The position numbers and the translations under genes are program-made. This document shows positions 8,709 to 16,179 of a stretch of 64,000 bases of DNA, one piece after another. The notes beneath the pieces were generated by a model. That model had not been told where the DNA came from, did no database searches, and saw nothing but the letters and a program-made list of their open reading frames with translations. This DNA comes from an uncultured virus (IMG/VR IMGVR_UViG_3300017767_000001). Its lineage: Duplodnaviria > Heunggongvirae > Uroviricota > Caudoviricetes. Positions within the stretch are counted from its first letter, which is position 1. The number at the start of each line of letters is the position of its first letter. The stretch spans positions 1 through 64,000 of IMG/VR virus record IMGVR_UViG_3300017767_000001; one strand, 5' to 3'.

Positions 8709-9069
8709 GTTAGTTGGTGATTTTATGGAAGCCTTTGGTCAGGCTGTAGAAACTCAACCAACCTGGCCTGACTTTAGCACTCGTGAACTACGGGTAGATT
8801 TAATACAAGAAGAAGTAGATGAATTGGTGGAAGCGATTGCAAACAAAGATATGGTCGAAATCGCCGACGCTCTCACCGACATTCTCTATGTTGTATACGG
8901 TGCTGGTCATACATTTGGTATTGACCTTGATGAGTGTTTTACTGAAGTACATGCTTCTAACATGAGCAAACTCGGTGAAGATGGAACACCAATTAAAGCA
9001 GACAATGGCAAGGTAATGAAAGGCCCGGGCTTTTTCGCCCCAGATTTAGAGAGTATTCTAAACCAGTGA
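8689..9069 (+). CDS. MazG/PRA-PH-like NTP pyrophosphohydrolase
   Basis: LIQEEVDEL, EIADALTDILYV.YG, EVH.SNMSK, GKV.KGP. Confidence 0.9.
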   Translation: MDGTNFELVGDFMEAFGQAVETQPTWPDFSTRELRVDLIQEEVDELVEAIANKDMVEIADALTDILYVVYGAGHTFGIDLDECFTEVHASNMSKLGEDGTPIKADNGKVMKGPGFFAPDLESILNQ

Positions 9070-9257
9070 GAAATCTTTGGAAGTTCTTTGGCTCTACCTC
9101 GTCCTTGAAGGAGCAACTGGAATCTACAACTCTCGAAATTCAGTTGTCTCCACTGGAGTTTGCGTGTATAAAAATTATCATGATCCTCGGGATAGCACTA
9201 CCTACACTTTCTATATTCCTATACTTGCTAAATGTCCTCCATTTGTACGTCATATAA
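9066..9257 (+). CDS. hypothetical membrane protein
   Basis: GTGA overlap with the upstream gene, C-terminal TM helix, followed by a terminator. Confidence 0.45.
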   Translation: MRNLWKFFGSTSSLKEQLESTTLEIQLSPLEFACIKIIMILGIALPTLSIFLYLLNVLHLYVI

Positions 9258-9283
9258 AAAAGGGGCCGTAGCCCCTTTAATTT
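9255..9283. terminator. bidirectional intrinsic terminator
   Basis: AAAAAAGGGGC-CGTA-GCCCCTTTAA. Confidence 0.8.
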
Positions 9284-9477
9284 AGAAGTATCCTGAGTGG
9301 CCTAATTTCCAAAAGCACCAAAACACTACTATTCCATATATTATCCAATAAATTTCTTCCACCTATCCCTCCAATAAAATATTTTTTCGTTAACTGAGAA
9401 GCGCCCAGGTACTGTAATCCAAGACCAGGGCAAAAATAGTATTTGTAATATGCCAAAAAGTATGGTAAAATAAACAC

Positions 9478-9808
9478 ATATTTTGATGAACAATCAAGTC
9501 AATCACAGATTCTTACTAACTAGATCGAAATCGTTTGAATTAGATTTATTCTGGGCGGGGCATAAGGCGAAGCCGTAATGTCCCTAACCATAAATCTGAA
9601 TGAAACTGATTTCGGGATCACCAATCTCTGATTACTTTTGTGCTTCAATTAAGTATTGATTGTGACGAATATTCATAATAAAGATAATCAAATAATTCGT
9701 TCACAATCAAACAACCCCGCTAATAATCATTCTACGATTATTACTGAAAATCCGTCTACTACTTACACAAAACCCTTCAAAATTTGCGCCAATTCGCAAT
9801 TTTTTTAT
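9478..9808 (+). ncRNA. candidate rod-like structured RNA (or ssDNA origin hairpins)
   Basis: Promoter TTGTAA-17-TAAAAT (9443-9471); imperfect hairpin of about 140 nt (9496-9637); second hairpin 9656-9710; stem plus T-run at 9779-9808; no credible ORF. Confidence 0.45.
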
Positions 9809-9956
9809 GGCTTATAAAACATAAAAGGGAATGTTAAAAACAATAACCATACCATTAAAACCATGAAAAATTGTTCTAAATTTGATCCCCATAGCATCGG
9901 AATGCACATAATTGATACGTAGATCCACCATAACATGCTGAGAATCTCTCGCATTT

Positions 9957-10271
9957 TTACGACCCCGCTACCGCTTCAAGGAGTTTTCTGAGAGTTTCTT
10001 TTGGGCTCTTTTCGAGGCCCGATATACTTCCCACCTCGATCTCCAGAGCATCAGCGATATTCGAAACGATTTCAATTTTTGTGATAGGTTTTTCTCCAGT
10101 TTTTGAAACATACACCTCTCTCCGGTACACGCCTTCGCGTGATAGCTTTCCAATTATTGACTTCTTACTTCTATTGAGCTCTGCTGCAAGCAACTCTACT
10201 GTACGCATATTCGGACACATAGTATAGCTTTCAATCATATACTCAGTTTCACTCTCCGTGTAGTTCGACAC
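9957..10271 (-). CDS. T5 A2-like DNA-binding protein (paralog 1)
   Basis: GTG start after GGAGG; NYT...M...Y...LA.EL..SKKSIIGKLSREGVY...K.GE..I.K. Confidence 0.75.
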   Translation of the reverse strand: MSNYTESETEYMIESYTMCPNMRTVELLAAELNRSKKSIIGKLSREGVYRREVYVSKTGEKPITKIEIVSNIADALEIEVGSISGLEKSPKETLRKLLEAVAGS

Positions 10272-10330
10272 GTTCCCTCCTATAACTTCCTTTACCTTTC
10301 TTCGGTTTGTGGACCCCGCCACGATTGTGA

Positions 10331-10657
10331 TTATGCCGCGCCACCGGGTTTCGGATCGTCTCCTTCTGTCTGTTCTTGCCCCGCATAGCTTATTTCTCCT
10401 GTATCTAGATTTATAACTACGTCACCACTTATCCACTCTAGATATTCCACTTCGACATTATCCATGCCCCGGGCTTTAACATATTGAGTGAACACCAGGT
10501 CGTAGTAATGCTCTACTTCAGCTATTTTCTCTTCTAGCTTTTCTATAGTAGTATAGCACAATTGCATACTATCATACAACTCTTTTAGCTCATTTTTTGT
10601 CGTATTTAATTTTAACTTAATACGGCGTTCTTCTGGAAACTCGATTATATTCGACAT
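10331..10657 (-). CDS. coiled-coil hypothetical protein
   Basis: GGGAG RBS, MSNIIEFP start, promoter at 10680-10708. Confidence 0.7.
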   Translation of the reverse strand: MSNIIEFPEERRIKLKLNTTKNELKELYDSMQLCYTTIEKLEEKIAEVEHYYDLVFTQYVKARGMDNVEVEYLEWISGDVVINLDTGEISYAGQEQTEGDDPKPGGAA

Positions 10658-10728
10658 AAATTTCTCCCATAGAACACATATTATACAGCCCCTGAGAAAA
10701 AATGTCAAGAAAAATTTTTAGAACACAT

Positions 10729-10763
10729 AAAAAAATCCCCACATATTTCTATGCAGGGATTTT
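10729..10763 (-). terminator. intrinsic terminator
   Basis: AAAATCCCTGCATA-GAAA-TATGTGGGGATTTTTTT on the minus strand. Confidence 0.88.
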
Positions 10764-11285
10764 ACAGTTAGGTTTAGAGCCGCGAACTGCCACTAGGCTA
10801 TATAGTGCCTTTCGTTATGGTCGAGGGTTTCGACGCCTCTTTGCAATAATAGACCAATAATAAAAAGGACTTCCTCCTATAGTTATAGTGATACGCACCA
10901 ACCTTCCACACGTATCTGGGTATGTACTGCAGATACCACCCACCACTTTTTCGTTTTTGCTAAACCAGAATGCGAAAATGCAACAAAGCCGTAACTGGTC
11001 GTACACATCCGCCCGTGTACAAGGGGGTTCGATATAGTACCTCGAACAGGGAAAAGTGCGCTAAGTGGCACTAAACTAAGATGGTACTTTTTAACGTGCT
11101 TTGCCATCCCACATTAGCACTCTGTTCCTTACTCCTCGATGCCTTTCAACCTGTACACGGCAGGGTCAACAAGGGTGGAACAAATTAGGTTGGGGCTCCG
11201 GATAGGCCGAGTTAACTTTTACCGGGATCTTTACTGTCTTATCGCAAGTGGGTAGCACACTTATGGCGTCCCTGACTTCCCCCAT
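10729..11285 (-). ncRNA. candidate large (~550 nt) structured non-coding RNA
   Basis: Own promoter (11296-11325) and terminator; nested long-range helices with G-U pairs; no ORF with a good RBS. Confidence 0.7.
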
Positions 11286-11295
11286 TTAAGAAGAT

Positions 11296-11325
11296 ATTAT
11301 ACTCCGTTTTTGAACTAAAAGTCAA
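11296..11325 (-). promoter_or_regulatory. sigma70 promoter of the ncRNA candidate
   Basis: AAAAAGTTC-TTGACT-18-TATAAT. Confidence 0.85.
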
Positions 11326-11561
11326 GAACTTTTTTTCTCTACCCCACAAATTTTTTCAAACATTTTGTGTCCAGTGCCTTTTTCGTTGTACTCCAAAACT
11401 AGCCCATCACTGTTCATATGTAGTTTAGGTTCGAACTTTTCTACGTCAGCTTCGTACACGCAAAAGGTACGTAGACGCCACGCTATATTTTCTGCGTTCC
11501 CTTTAAGCTGCACGATGCACCACCTGTAGGTCAGCAATTCGTGCAAACAAATCAGCTTCAT
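11322..11561 (-). CDS. hypothetical protein (true start uncertain)
   Basis: ORF in operon; its stop lies within the next -35 box. Confidence 0.5.
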   Translation of the reverse strand: MKLICLHELLTYRWCIVQLKGNAENIAWRLRTFCVYEADVEKFEPKLHMNSDGLVLEYNEKGTGHKMFEKICGVEKKSS

Positions 11562-11682
11562 CTCCTACTAAAAACAACTCTTTCCGAGTAGTCCAGTCTC
11601 CGTCAATACGCCCACTAAACTCAAGCACAGTCCCATTTGTAGCAAATTGAATTGTCACTTGGTCTACTTCTTTGATTTCCAT
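11503..11682 (-). CDS. 59-aa hypothetical protein
   Basis: GGGAG RBS; MEIKEVDQVTIQFATNGTVLEFSGRIDGDW... Confidence 0.6.
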   Translation of the reverse strand: MEIKEVDQVTIQFATNGTVLEFSGRIDGDWTTRKELFLVGDEADLFARIADLQVVHRAA

Positions 11683-11689
11683 TAGTTAT

Positions 11690-11920
11690 TTACTCCCATG
11701 TAGAAGGATAAAAGGAAGAAAGAGAAAAGGTTTCACGAATTTCCCCCTCTTGATACATTGTACGAATTACGTTGTCAACCTCGGCCTCTGAAAGCGCCCA
11801 GTTGTGCCACAGCTCATCTTTTACTCTTTGCAGGCTTGTGAAAGACCTACGCTGACCTTCTACTTCTATTGTATCAGTCGCTCGGTCTACTACTGCCAAT
11901 CTTTCTTGCTTCTCTAGCAC
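11690..11920 (-). CDS. hypothetical protein
   Basis: GGAGG RBS, GTG start. Confidence 0.6.
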   Translation of the reverse strand: MLEKQERLAVVDRATDTIEVEGQRRSFTSLQRVKDELWHNWALSEAEVDNVIRTMYQEGEIRETFSLSSFYPSTWE

Positions 11921-12065
11921 GCTTTTCCTCCAGGTTTTCCAACGATGTCTTCATTGCAATCGCAGTGTCTTCATTAGAGCCATGATACATCAAAGCTCCC
12001 CTTTGATTAAATACTTTGAAAACGTATAGCCCGGGCCTTACAATTTCTCGTACCATGTGAGCCAT
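11874..12065 (-). CDS. hypothetical protein
   Basis: TAATG coupling to the upstream ORF. Confidence 0.55.
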   Translation of the reverse strand: MAHMVREIVRPGLYVFKVFNQRGALMYHGSNEDTAIAMKTSLENLEEKRAREARKIGSSRPSD

Positions 12066-12280
12066 TACTCTGCCACAATACCGTAGATAGCGAACTTAAA
12101 CTCAGGACTTTTGCCAAAGTTTGCAGCAGCTTTTACGGCCTCCGCCCTCTTAACGATAGGGGAGTTAGGCTTACGCTTCGCACGATATGCGCCATGCGAC
12201 ATTACTTTTTTACCATTAAATTTCTTGACCATGCGGTACTTTCGTGTAGTCGCGTGGTCGAAAATCATTGTTTTTGCCAT
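12065..12280 (-). CDS. basic hypothetical protein
   Basis: AAGGAG RBS before MAKTMIFD. Confidence 0.6.
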   Translation of the reverse strand: MAKTMIFDHATTRKYRMVKKFNGKKVMSHGAYRAKRKPNSPIVKRAEAVKAAANFGKSPEFKFAIYGIVAE

Positions 12281-12425
12281 CAAAATTCTCCTTATAGCGC
12301 ACAAAGTAGTACGCCTTGTAATCCACTTTATTTAAGGACTCCGCTTCTCGATAGGCGTCATAATACTCTAGCCAAGTATTTAGCCAAAGAGTTACTGCAC
12401 CAATTCGAATATAAACTACATACAT
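12216..12425 (-). CDS. hypothetical protein
   Basis: ORF track; operon position. Confidence 0.4.
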   Translation of the reverse strand: MYVVYIRIGAVTLWLNTWLEYYDAYREAESLNKVDYKAYYFVRYKENFDGKNNDFRPRDYTKVPHGQEI

Positions 12426-12464
12426 AGAAATACTTAAATAAAGCGGGGCACTAGGCCCCGGGAT

Positions 12465-12785
12465 TTAGCTCAAGATCTCGAGCAAAGCTTCAAGATCAAC
12501 CTTGGTCATCTTACCTACAGAAGGCAATTCACGGCCCAGTCGCTCGTTTACAGCGTTGACAAAGAACTCTTTCTTGACAACAGGCTCACCGCGCTTGGTT
12601 ACACGCTCTGCTTTCTGGTAGATACCTAGAGCAGACAATTTGGCGATGATAGAGCGAGGGCTCTTACCAAATTTGTCAGCCAGCGCATCGACAGTAGCAC
12701 GAACAGGGTCAGCAGAGTACTTTGTAGTGATCTCGGCAATCATAGTCTCAGAGTAGTTCTGAGAGGCGTTAGCAGTCATAGTCAT
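12465..12785 (-). CDS. T5 A2-like DNA-binding protein (paralog 2)
   Basis: NYSE.M......Y......TV..LA..FGKSPRSIIAKLS.LGIY.K.....KRGE..V.K; own promoter 12835-12863 and downstream hairpin. Confidence 0.8.
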   Translation of the reverse strand: MTMTANASQNYSETMIAEITTKYSADPVRATVDALADKFGKSPRSIIAKLSALGIYQKAERVTKRGEPVVKKEFFVNAVNERLGRELPSVGKMTKVDLEALLEILS

Positions 12786-12854
12786 TTTTGTTTCTCCCGA
12801 AAAAAATTAAGTAAATTACCACTTTTGAAAATATATTATACAAGGTTCTGAGGA

Positions 12855-13283
12855 TTATGTCAAGAGATTTTTTTGGAAAGCTGCAAATAATTCTACTTCT
12901 TTTTCCCTTGCAGCTACCTCCCACGGAGCACTCCAATATTCATCCCAGTTATCAATGTCTCTTTTAAATAGTTCGTCTTGCCACATAGCATGATCGGTTT
13001 CTAACTCAAGCTCGCAGTAAATGTATTGGCGAGCGTGCTCTAGCTCATGAAATATAGTTCGTAGCCAATGAGAACTTTTATTAATACGAAGAATAATTTT
13101 ATGCCCTAGGTCTACAGAATCTCCAAAGTCTGTTTCGTGCTCGCCTTTAAGATATATAGTAATAGGCACAGGAGTGATTCCTAGATCAAGTTCTCCCATA
13201 GCAAAGTCGATCGCAGCTCGAGCTAAGTATCGTTCAGGCATTGACCATGCTTTTTTTGCTTTTACCTTTAACTTATACATCAT
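12855..13283 (-). CDS. HExxH zinc metallopeptidase-like protein
   Basis: IFHELEHARQY ... YW.APWE..A. Confidence 0.7.
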   Translation of the reverse strand: MMYKLKVKAKKAWSMPERYLARAAIDFAMGELDLGITPVPITIYLKGEHETDFGDSVDLGHKIILRINKSSHWLRTIFHELEHARQYIYCELELETDHAMWQDELFKRDIDNWDEYWSAPWEVAAREKEVELFAAFQKNLLT

Positions 13284-13464
13284 CTAACTTTACCTTCTCC
13301 CGCAGCCAAGAGTACAGCTCTACTGCACTGTCATCGTATCCGTTGGGGTACTCTTCGTCTGGTAACAAACAACGTATGGTATAGAGAAAAGCGTCTAGTT
13401 TAGGCACTCCGTCCATACGCATACCTGCGTACAAGCTAAAGGCTTCAAATTGAATATCGTTCAT
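13273..13464 (-). CDS. hypothetical protein
   Basis: GGAGG RBS before MNDIQF; promoter at 13487-13515. Confidence 0.65.
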   Translation of the reverse strand: MNDIQFEAFSLYAGMRMDGVPKLDAFLYTIRCLLPDEEYPNGYDDSAVELYSWLREKVKLDDV

Positions 13465-14002
13465 ATAGTTCCTCCGATTTATAAATATTATACCGGCTCC
13501 GGGTTTCAATGTCAAACAATTTTTGCCATACCCCCAACATAAATTTATTCCGGGGGGCGGCGTACGAAATTGCGGCTGTCAAGTGTTTTTTGCACTTAAT
13601 CTGCCAAAATTTTCGTAAATTTGACACTGTTTGCCCCAGGTTTGCCACAATTTGCCATCTTACACTACCCCGCAGAGACTTGTCAATCGATTTATTTGCA
13701 CCAATTGTGCAAAAAGTACTTGACAATCGTCGGTGTACTACTGTATAATTGGCGCGCCGCGCTTTTTAAAACAATTTGCCCTATTGCCGTAAAAAGTTCT
13801 TGACAATCCCGGGCTTTGCGCGTATACTACCAGGGTGGGCACGGGGTCTGGCACAAAGACTGCACGTTCTTAAAAAAATTTTGCCCATACCCGCAAAAAA
13901 GACTTGACAATCGTCGCTTTTGCACGTATTCTGGCGCAGGTAACACCAATCGAATCGAAACTTCACTTTCGCACTGGCGCCCGCGCGCCAAAAATCGTTA
14001 TA

Positions 14003-14015
14003 AATCAAGGGGTTG
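14003..14015 (+). promoter_or_regulatory. IHF consensus site
   Basis: AATCAAGGGGTTG matches WATCAANNNNTTR. Confidence 0.55.
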
Positions 14016-14031
14016 TGTTCCACGTGGAACC
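14016..14031. promoter_or_regulatory. parS: bacterial chromosomal parS-type palindrome
   Basis: TGTTCCACGTGGAACC, containing the 14-bp perfect palindrome GTTCCACGTGGAAC. Confidence 0.75.
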
Positions 14032-14631
14032 TTATGCGAGCCGTTCGCATAAAGTAGCCAGCAAATTTTTGATCCCGCGTTTTTTGTCGGCATAATCTAC
14101 AGTGTGCCAGTCGGAATCAATAACGCGCTCTTTTAATATGCTCATGCGGTCATAATGCGAAAGTGCGTTTTCATCATTAGCAGAAAATTTCCAATAGGTC
14201 AGGGGCGAATGCTTGCGAGCTATAATTCGGCGTTGCTGTTCTTGTTCCGAAATCGAAAGCCAAAATTTAATAAAGCGCACCGGCTGGTTAGCTTCCCAGT
14301 TTTTATGACGCCGCATAAAATTTTTGTATTGTCGCGGAGTGCACCAGCCATTCAAATGTTGCACCATGCCCCGGCTGTACCAGCTTCGGTCAAAAAACAC
14401 GATGCGATTTTGTCGCGGCAGTTTGGTTTCCCAATAGGGGAGCCAGCTTGCCATCGCTTGTTTTGTCGGTTTGTGCGATAGGCAAACGCTGTAAAGATCC
14501 GGCGGTAGGTAGTGGGTCAATTCTCGAATGGTAGAGGATTTGCCCGCAGTGTCGCGCCCCTCTAAAATTACCGCAACCGGAGCGGAGAGATTCTCCGCGA
14601 GCCGGTTCAGATTAGCTTGCAATTTTTTCAT
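14032..14631 (-). CDS. ppk2: polyphosphate kinase 2 family protein
   Basis: EGRDTAGK Walker A, FFDRSWY Walker B, KFWLSIS..EQ..R, P...WKFS..D. Confidence 0.92.
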   Translation of the reverse strand: MKKLQANLNRLAENLSAPVAVILEGRDTAGKSSTIRELTHYLPPDLYSVCLSHKPTKQAMASWLPYWETKLPRQNRIVFFDRSWYSRGMVQHLNGWCTPRQYKNFMRRHKNWEANQPVRFIKFWLSISEQEQQRRIIARKHSPLTYWKFSANDENALSHYDRMSILKERVIDSDWHTVDYADKKRGIKNLLATLCERLA

Positions 14632-14738
14632 CAGAATCCCCCATTAAACCAGTAGTAAATTGCGGCTCCCCATATAGCGAGATCGGTAATCACGCTATAG
14701 AGGAAATAGAGGGCGGCGAGTGCCGCGCCAAATCTCAC
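14631..14738 (-). CDS. 35-aa hydrophobic micro-ORF
   Basis: MRFGAALAALYFLYSVITDLAIWGAAIYYWFNGGF; GTGA/TGATG coupling on both sides. Confidence 0.55.
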   Translation of the reverse strand: MRFGAALAALYFLYSVITDLAIWGAAIYYWFNGGF

Positions 14739-15238
14739 GCCGTCACCTCAGCATAGTCTACCGGCAGAGGACAACCGTGTATACCCTTCGCTCGCTTGTG
14801 GGCAACAATACCCTCGCCAATCTGCAAGTTAGATTGGCGATAGCTGTTAGTGAAGCGAGCCATCGCGGTTTTGGCAGAGCAGAAATAAAATTCTGATTTG
14901 CCGCCAACCTCAAGCCAACGCTTGTCATATAGCATCGCCTTGTCATCTTTGTTGCGAGCGTGAACAAATTGCTCGGCGGCAAGCACCTGCTCGTTATCGC
15001 CCAGCTTCATTCGCCATACGCGAGCGTGAAGCTCCCCGCGATTGTAGCCGAAAGCGTCCTCAACATCCCGCAAGCACCAAGTCACGCGCTCGATACCACC
15101 GTGTCGCCCGTTCGCGTAAGCGTGTCGGGCATACCCGTTTTTGAAAACGCCAAATTCTAGCAGTTCCCAAACGTAGTGCCAAGCCATACCAGAGATGGGG
15201 GTGATCTCAGGTGCTGTATCTGTTGATCGTAATATCAT
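14735..15238 (-). CDS. pre-early hypothetical protein
   Basis: ATGA-coupled to dmp. Confidence 0.7.
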   Translation of the reverse strand: MILRSTDTAPEITPISGMAWHYVWELLEFGVFKNGYARHAYANGRHGGIERVTWCLRDVEDAFGYNRGELHARVWRMKLGDNEQVLAAEQFVHARNKDDKAMLYDKRWLEVGGKSEFYFCSAKTAMARFTNSYRQSNLQIGEGIVAHKRAKGIHGCPLPVDYAEVTA

Positions 15239-15708
15239 GCTGAAAGCCTCTCGTTAAGTGAAATTGAATCATACGCTTTTATGCCGATGCGGTCAAGCAT
15301 TTTCAAAACGGATTTATTGTCATCATAAAATACCGCAGTCGCGCAAAATTTACCCCATCCCATCGGGCGGGTGCGAGCATAGTTTCGGATCATCTTTTCT
15401 TTTAGATCCGCGTCAGGTGTGGCGTCCCCCTCTCGCCGCGATAGGCAAGCATCCCAGCGCAAGCCATGCTCCCGTAGATATTCGTAATCATGTTCCCCCA
15501 TAACGCGGGCAGTGCAGATCACGATGGTGACATTCTTTTTTGCCAGCCGTCGCCATTGTGCCGCGAGGGGTAGCAGGGTGTCACGCATGATGTTTGCGCG
15601 GGTGTTGTTCTGACGCCATGCCGCAAGATCAAGCGAGCCATCGGGCCGCGTGATCTGTCGGTGTGAGCTGTCGATAACCGTATGGTCAAGATCAAAAATA
15701 AAGTGCAT
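15235..15708 (-). CDS. dmp: HAD-family deoxynucleoside-5'-monophosphatase (T5 dmp-like)
   Basis: FDLDHTVIDSSHR...GSLDL...IMRDTLLPL...ICTARVM...DYEYLR, YDDN; closely parallels remembered T5 Dmp. Confidence 0.85.
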   Translation of the reverse strand: MHFIFDLDHTVIDSSHRQITRPDGSLDLAAWRQNNTRANIMRDTLLPLAAQWRRLAKKNVTIVICTARVMGEHDYEYLREHGLRWDACLSRREGDATPDADLKEKMIRNYARTRPMGWGKFCATAVFYDDNKSVLKMLDRIGIKAYDSISLNERLSA

Positions 15709-15889
15709 AAGAGTAACCTATAATTCCAGCCAGATTCAAGAATACCAGATTGTAAGCCCGAATGTCAAGCGCTTGAACCGTTAATAATACCAACCCACCG
15801 ATAGCGGCCAGCTTGCCCGCGTCGGTATCGATTGCGAAAGGGGCGAGGGCCATAGCCCCCGCTCCGCACCAGCCGATAACCGCTATCAT
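15692..15889 (-). CDS. small membrane protein
   Basis: Hydrophobic, 2-3 TM; coupled to the A2-like gene. Confidence 0.65.
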   Translation of the reverse strand: MIAVIGWCGAGAMALAPFAIDTDAGKLAAIGGLVLLTVQALDIRAYNLVFLNLAGIIGYSYALYF

Positions 15890-16179
15890 CCGATGTTGCT
15901 CAGGATGTTGGACAGCTCGCCCTTGGTGAAGTCGCCTTCGCGGGCAGGCATCGCCAGCGCGGTGCGGATCTCCGCGAGAATGTCGGCCTTGGTAGGGCCG
16001 CGAGAAACGCGAGCGGCGGGAGCCGCCTTAACATACTCAACCCCAAGGGATTGAGCCTTGCTAATGACCGAGCGATGTGATACGCTCCCGAAATCAGAGG
16101 CGAGTTGCTTTGCCTTTGCGAGATTGAGAGGAGCCGCCGCGCGAATCGCCGCAACCATTTTATCAGTATAGTTAGACAT
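15886..16179 (-). CDS. A2: T5 A2-like DNA-binding protein (pre-early copy)
   Basis: MSNYTDKM...LA.DFG.VS.RSVISKA.SLGVEYVK; first gene of the dmp operon. Confidence 0.7.
   Translation of the reverse strand: MSNYTDKMVAAIRAAAPLNLAKAKQLASDFGSVSHRSVISKAQSLGVEYVKAAPAARVSRGPTKADILAEIRTALAMPAREGDFTKGELSNILSNIG

Larger units (their letters stand above)
13500..14031. repeat. non-coding repeat/promoter array (terminal-repeat end or injection-stop-like region)
   Basis: Repeated AAAA-N-CTTGACAATC (about 13712, 13791, 13895), repeated ATTTGCC, GGCGCGCC-type palindromes. Confidence 0.65.

Noticed and set aside
9277..9477. 66-aa minus-strand ORF
   Set aside because: Weak start, no RBS, no recognisable motif; overlaps a plus-strand promoter. 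Cannot be supported.
10865..10880. GAGGAAGUCC (minus strand) resembling the RNase P RNA CR-I motif
   Set aside because: It lies near the 3' end of the transcript with no P4 partner or CR-V visible, so it is insufficient to call RNase P.
10815..11107. ORFs 10883-11107 and 10815-11006 on the minus strand
   Set aside because: No good RBS, overlapping each other, atypical composition, embedded in paired regions.
10729..11285. tmRNA or group I/II intron identity for the ncRNA candidate
   Set aside because: No acceptor stem, T-arm or CCA end, no tag ORF, no recognisable intron core, and it does not interrupt a gene.
13738..13757. LexA box (TACTGTATA half-site)
   Set aside because: The second CAG half-site is missing; it is simply the -10 region.
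13500..14000. Possible CRISPR mini-array
   Set aside because: Repeats are short, degenerate, irregularly spaced and explained as promoter motifs; no cas genes.
13445..14095. Several 60-90 aa ORFs on both strands
   Set aside because: TTG starts coincide with promoter -35 boxes, no RBS, mutually overlapping.
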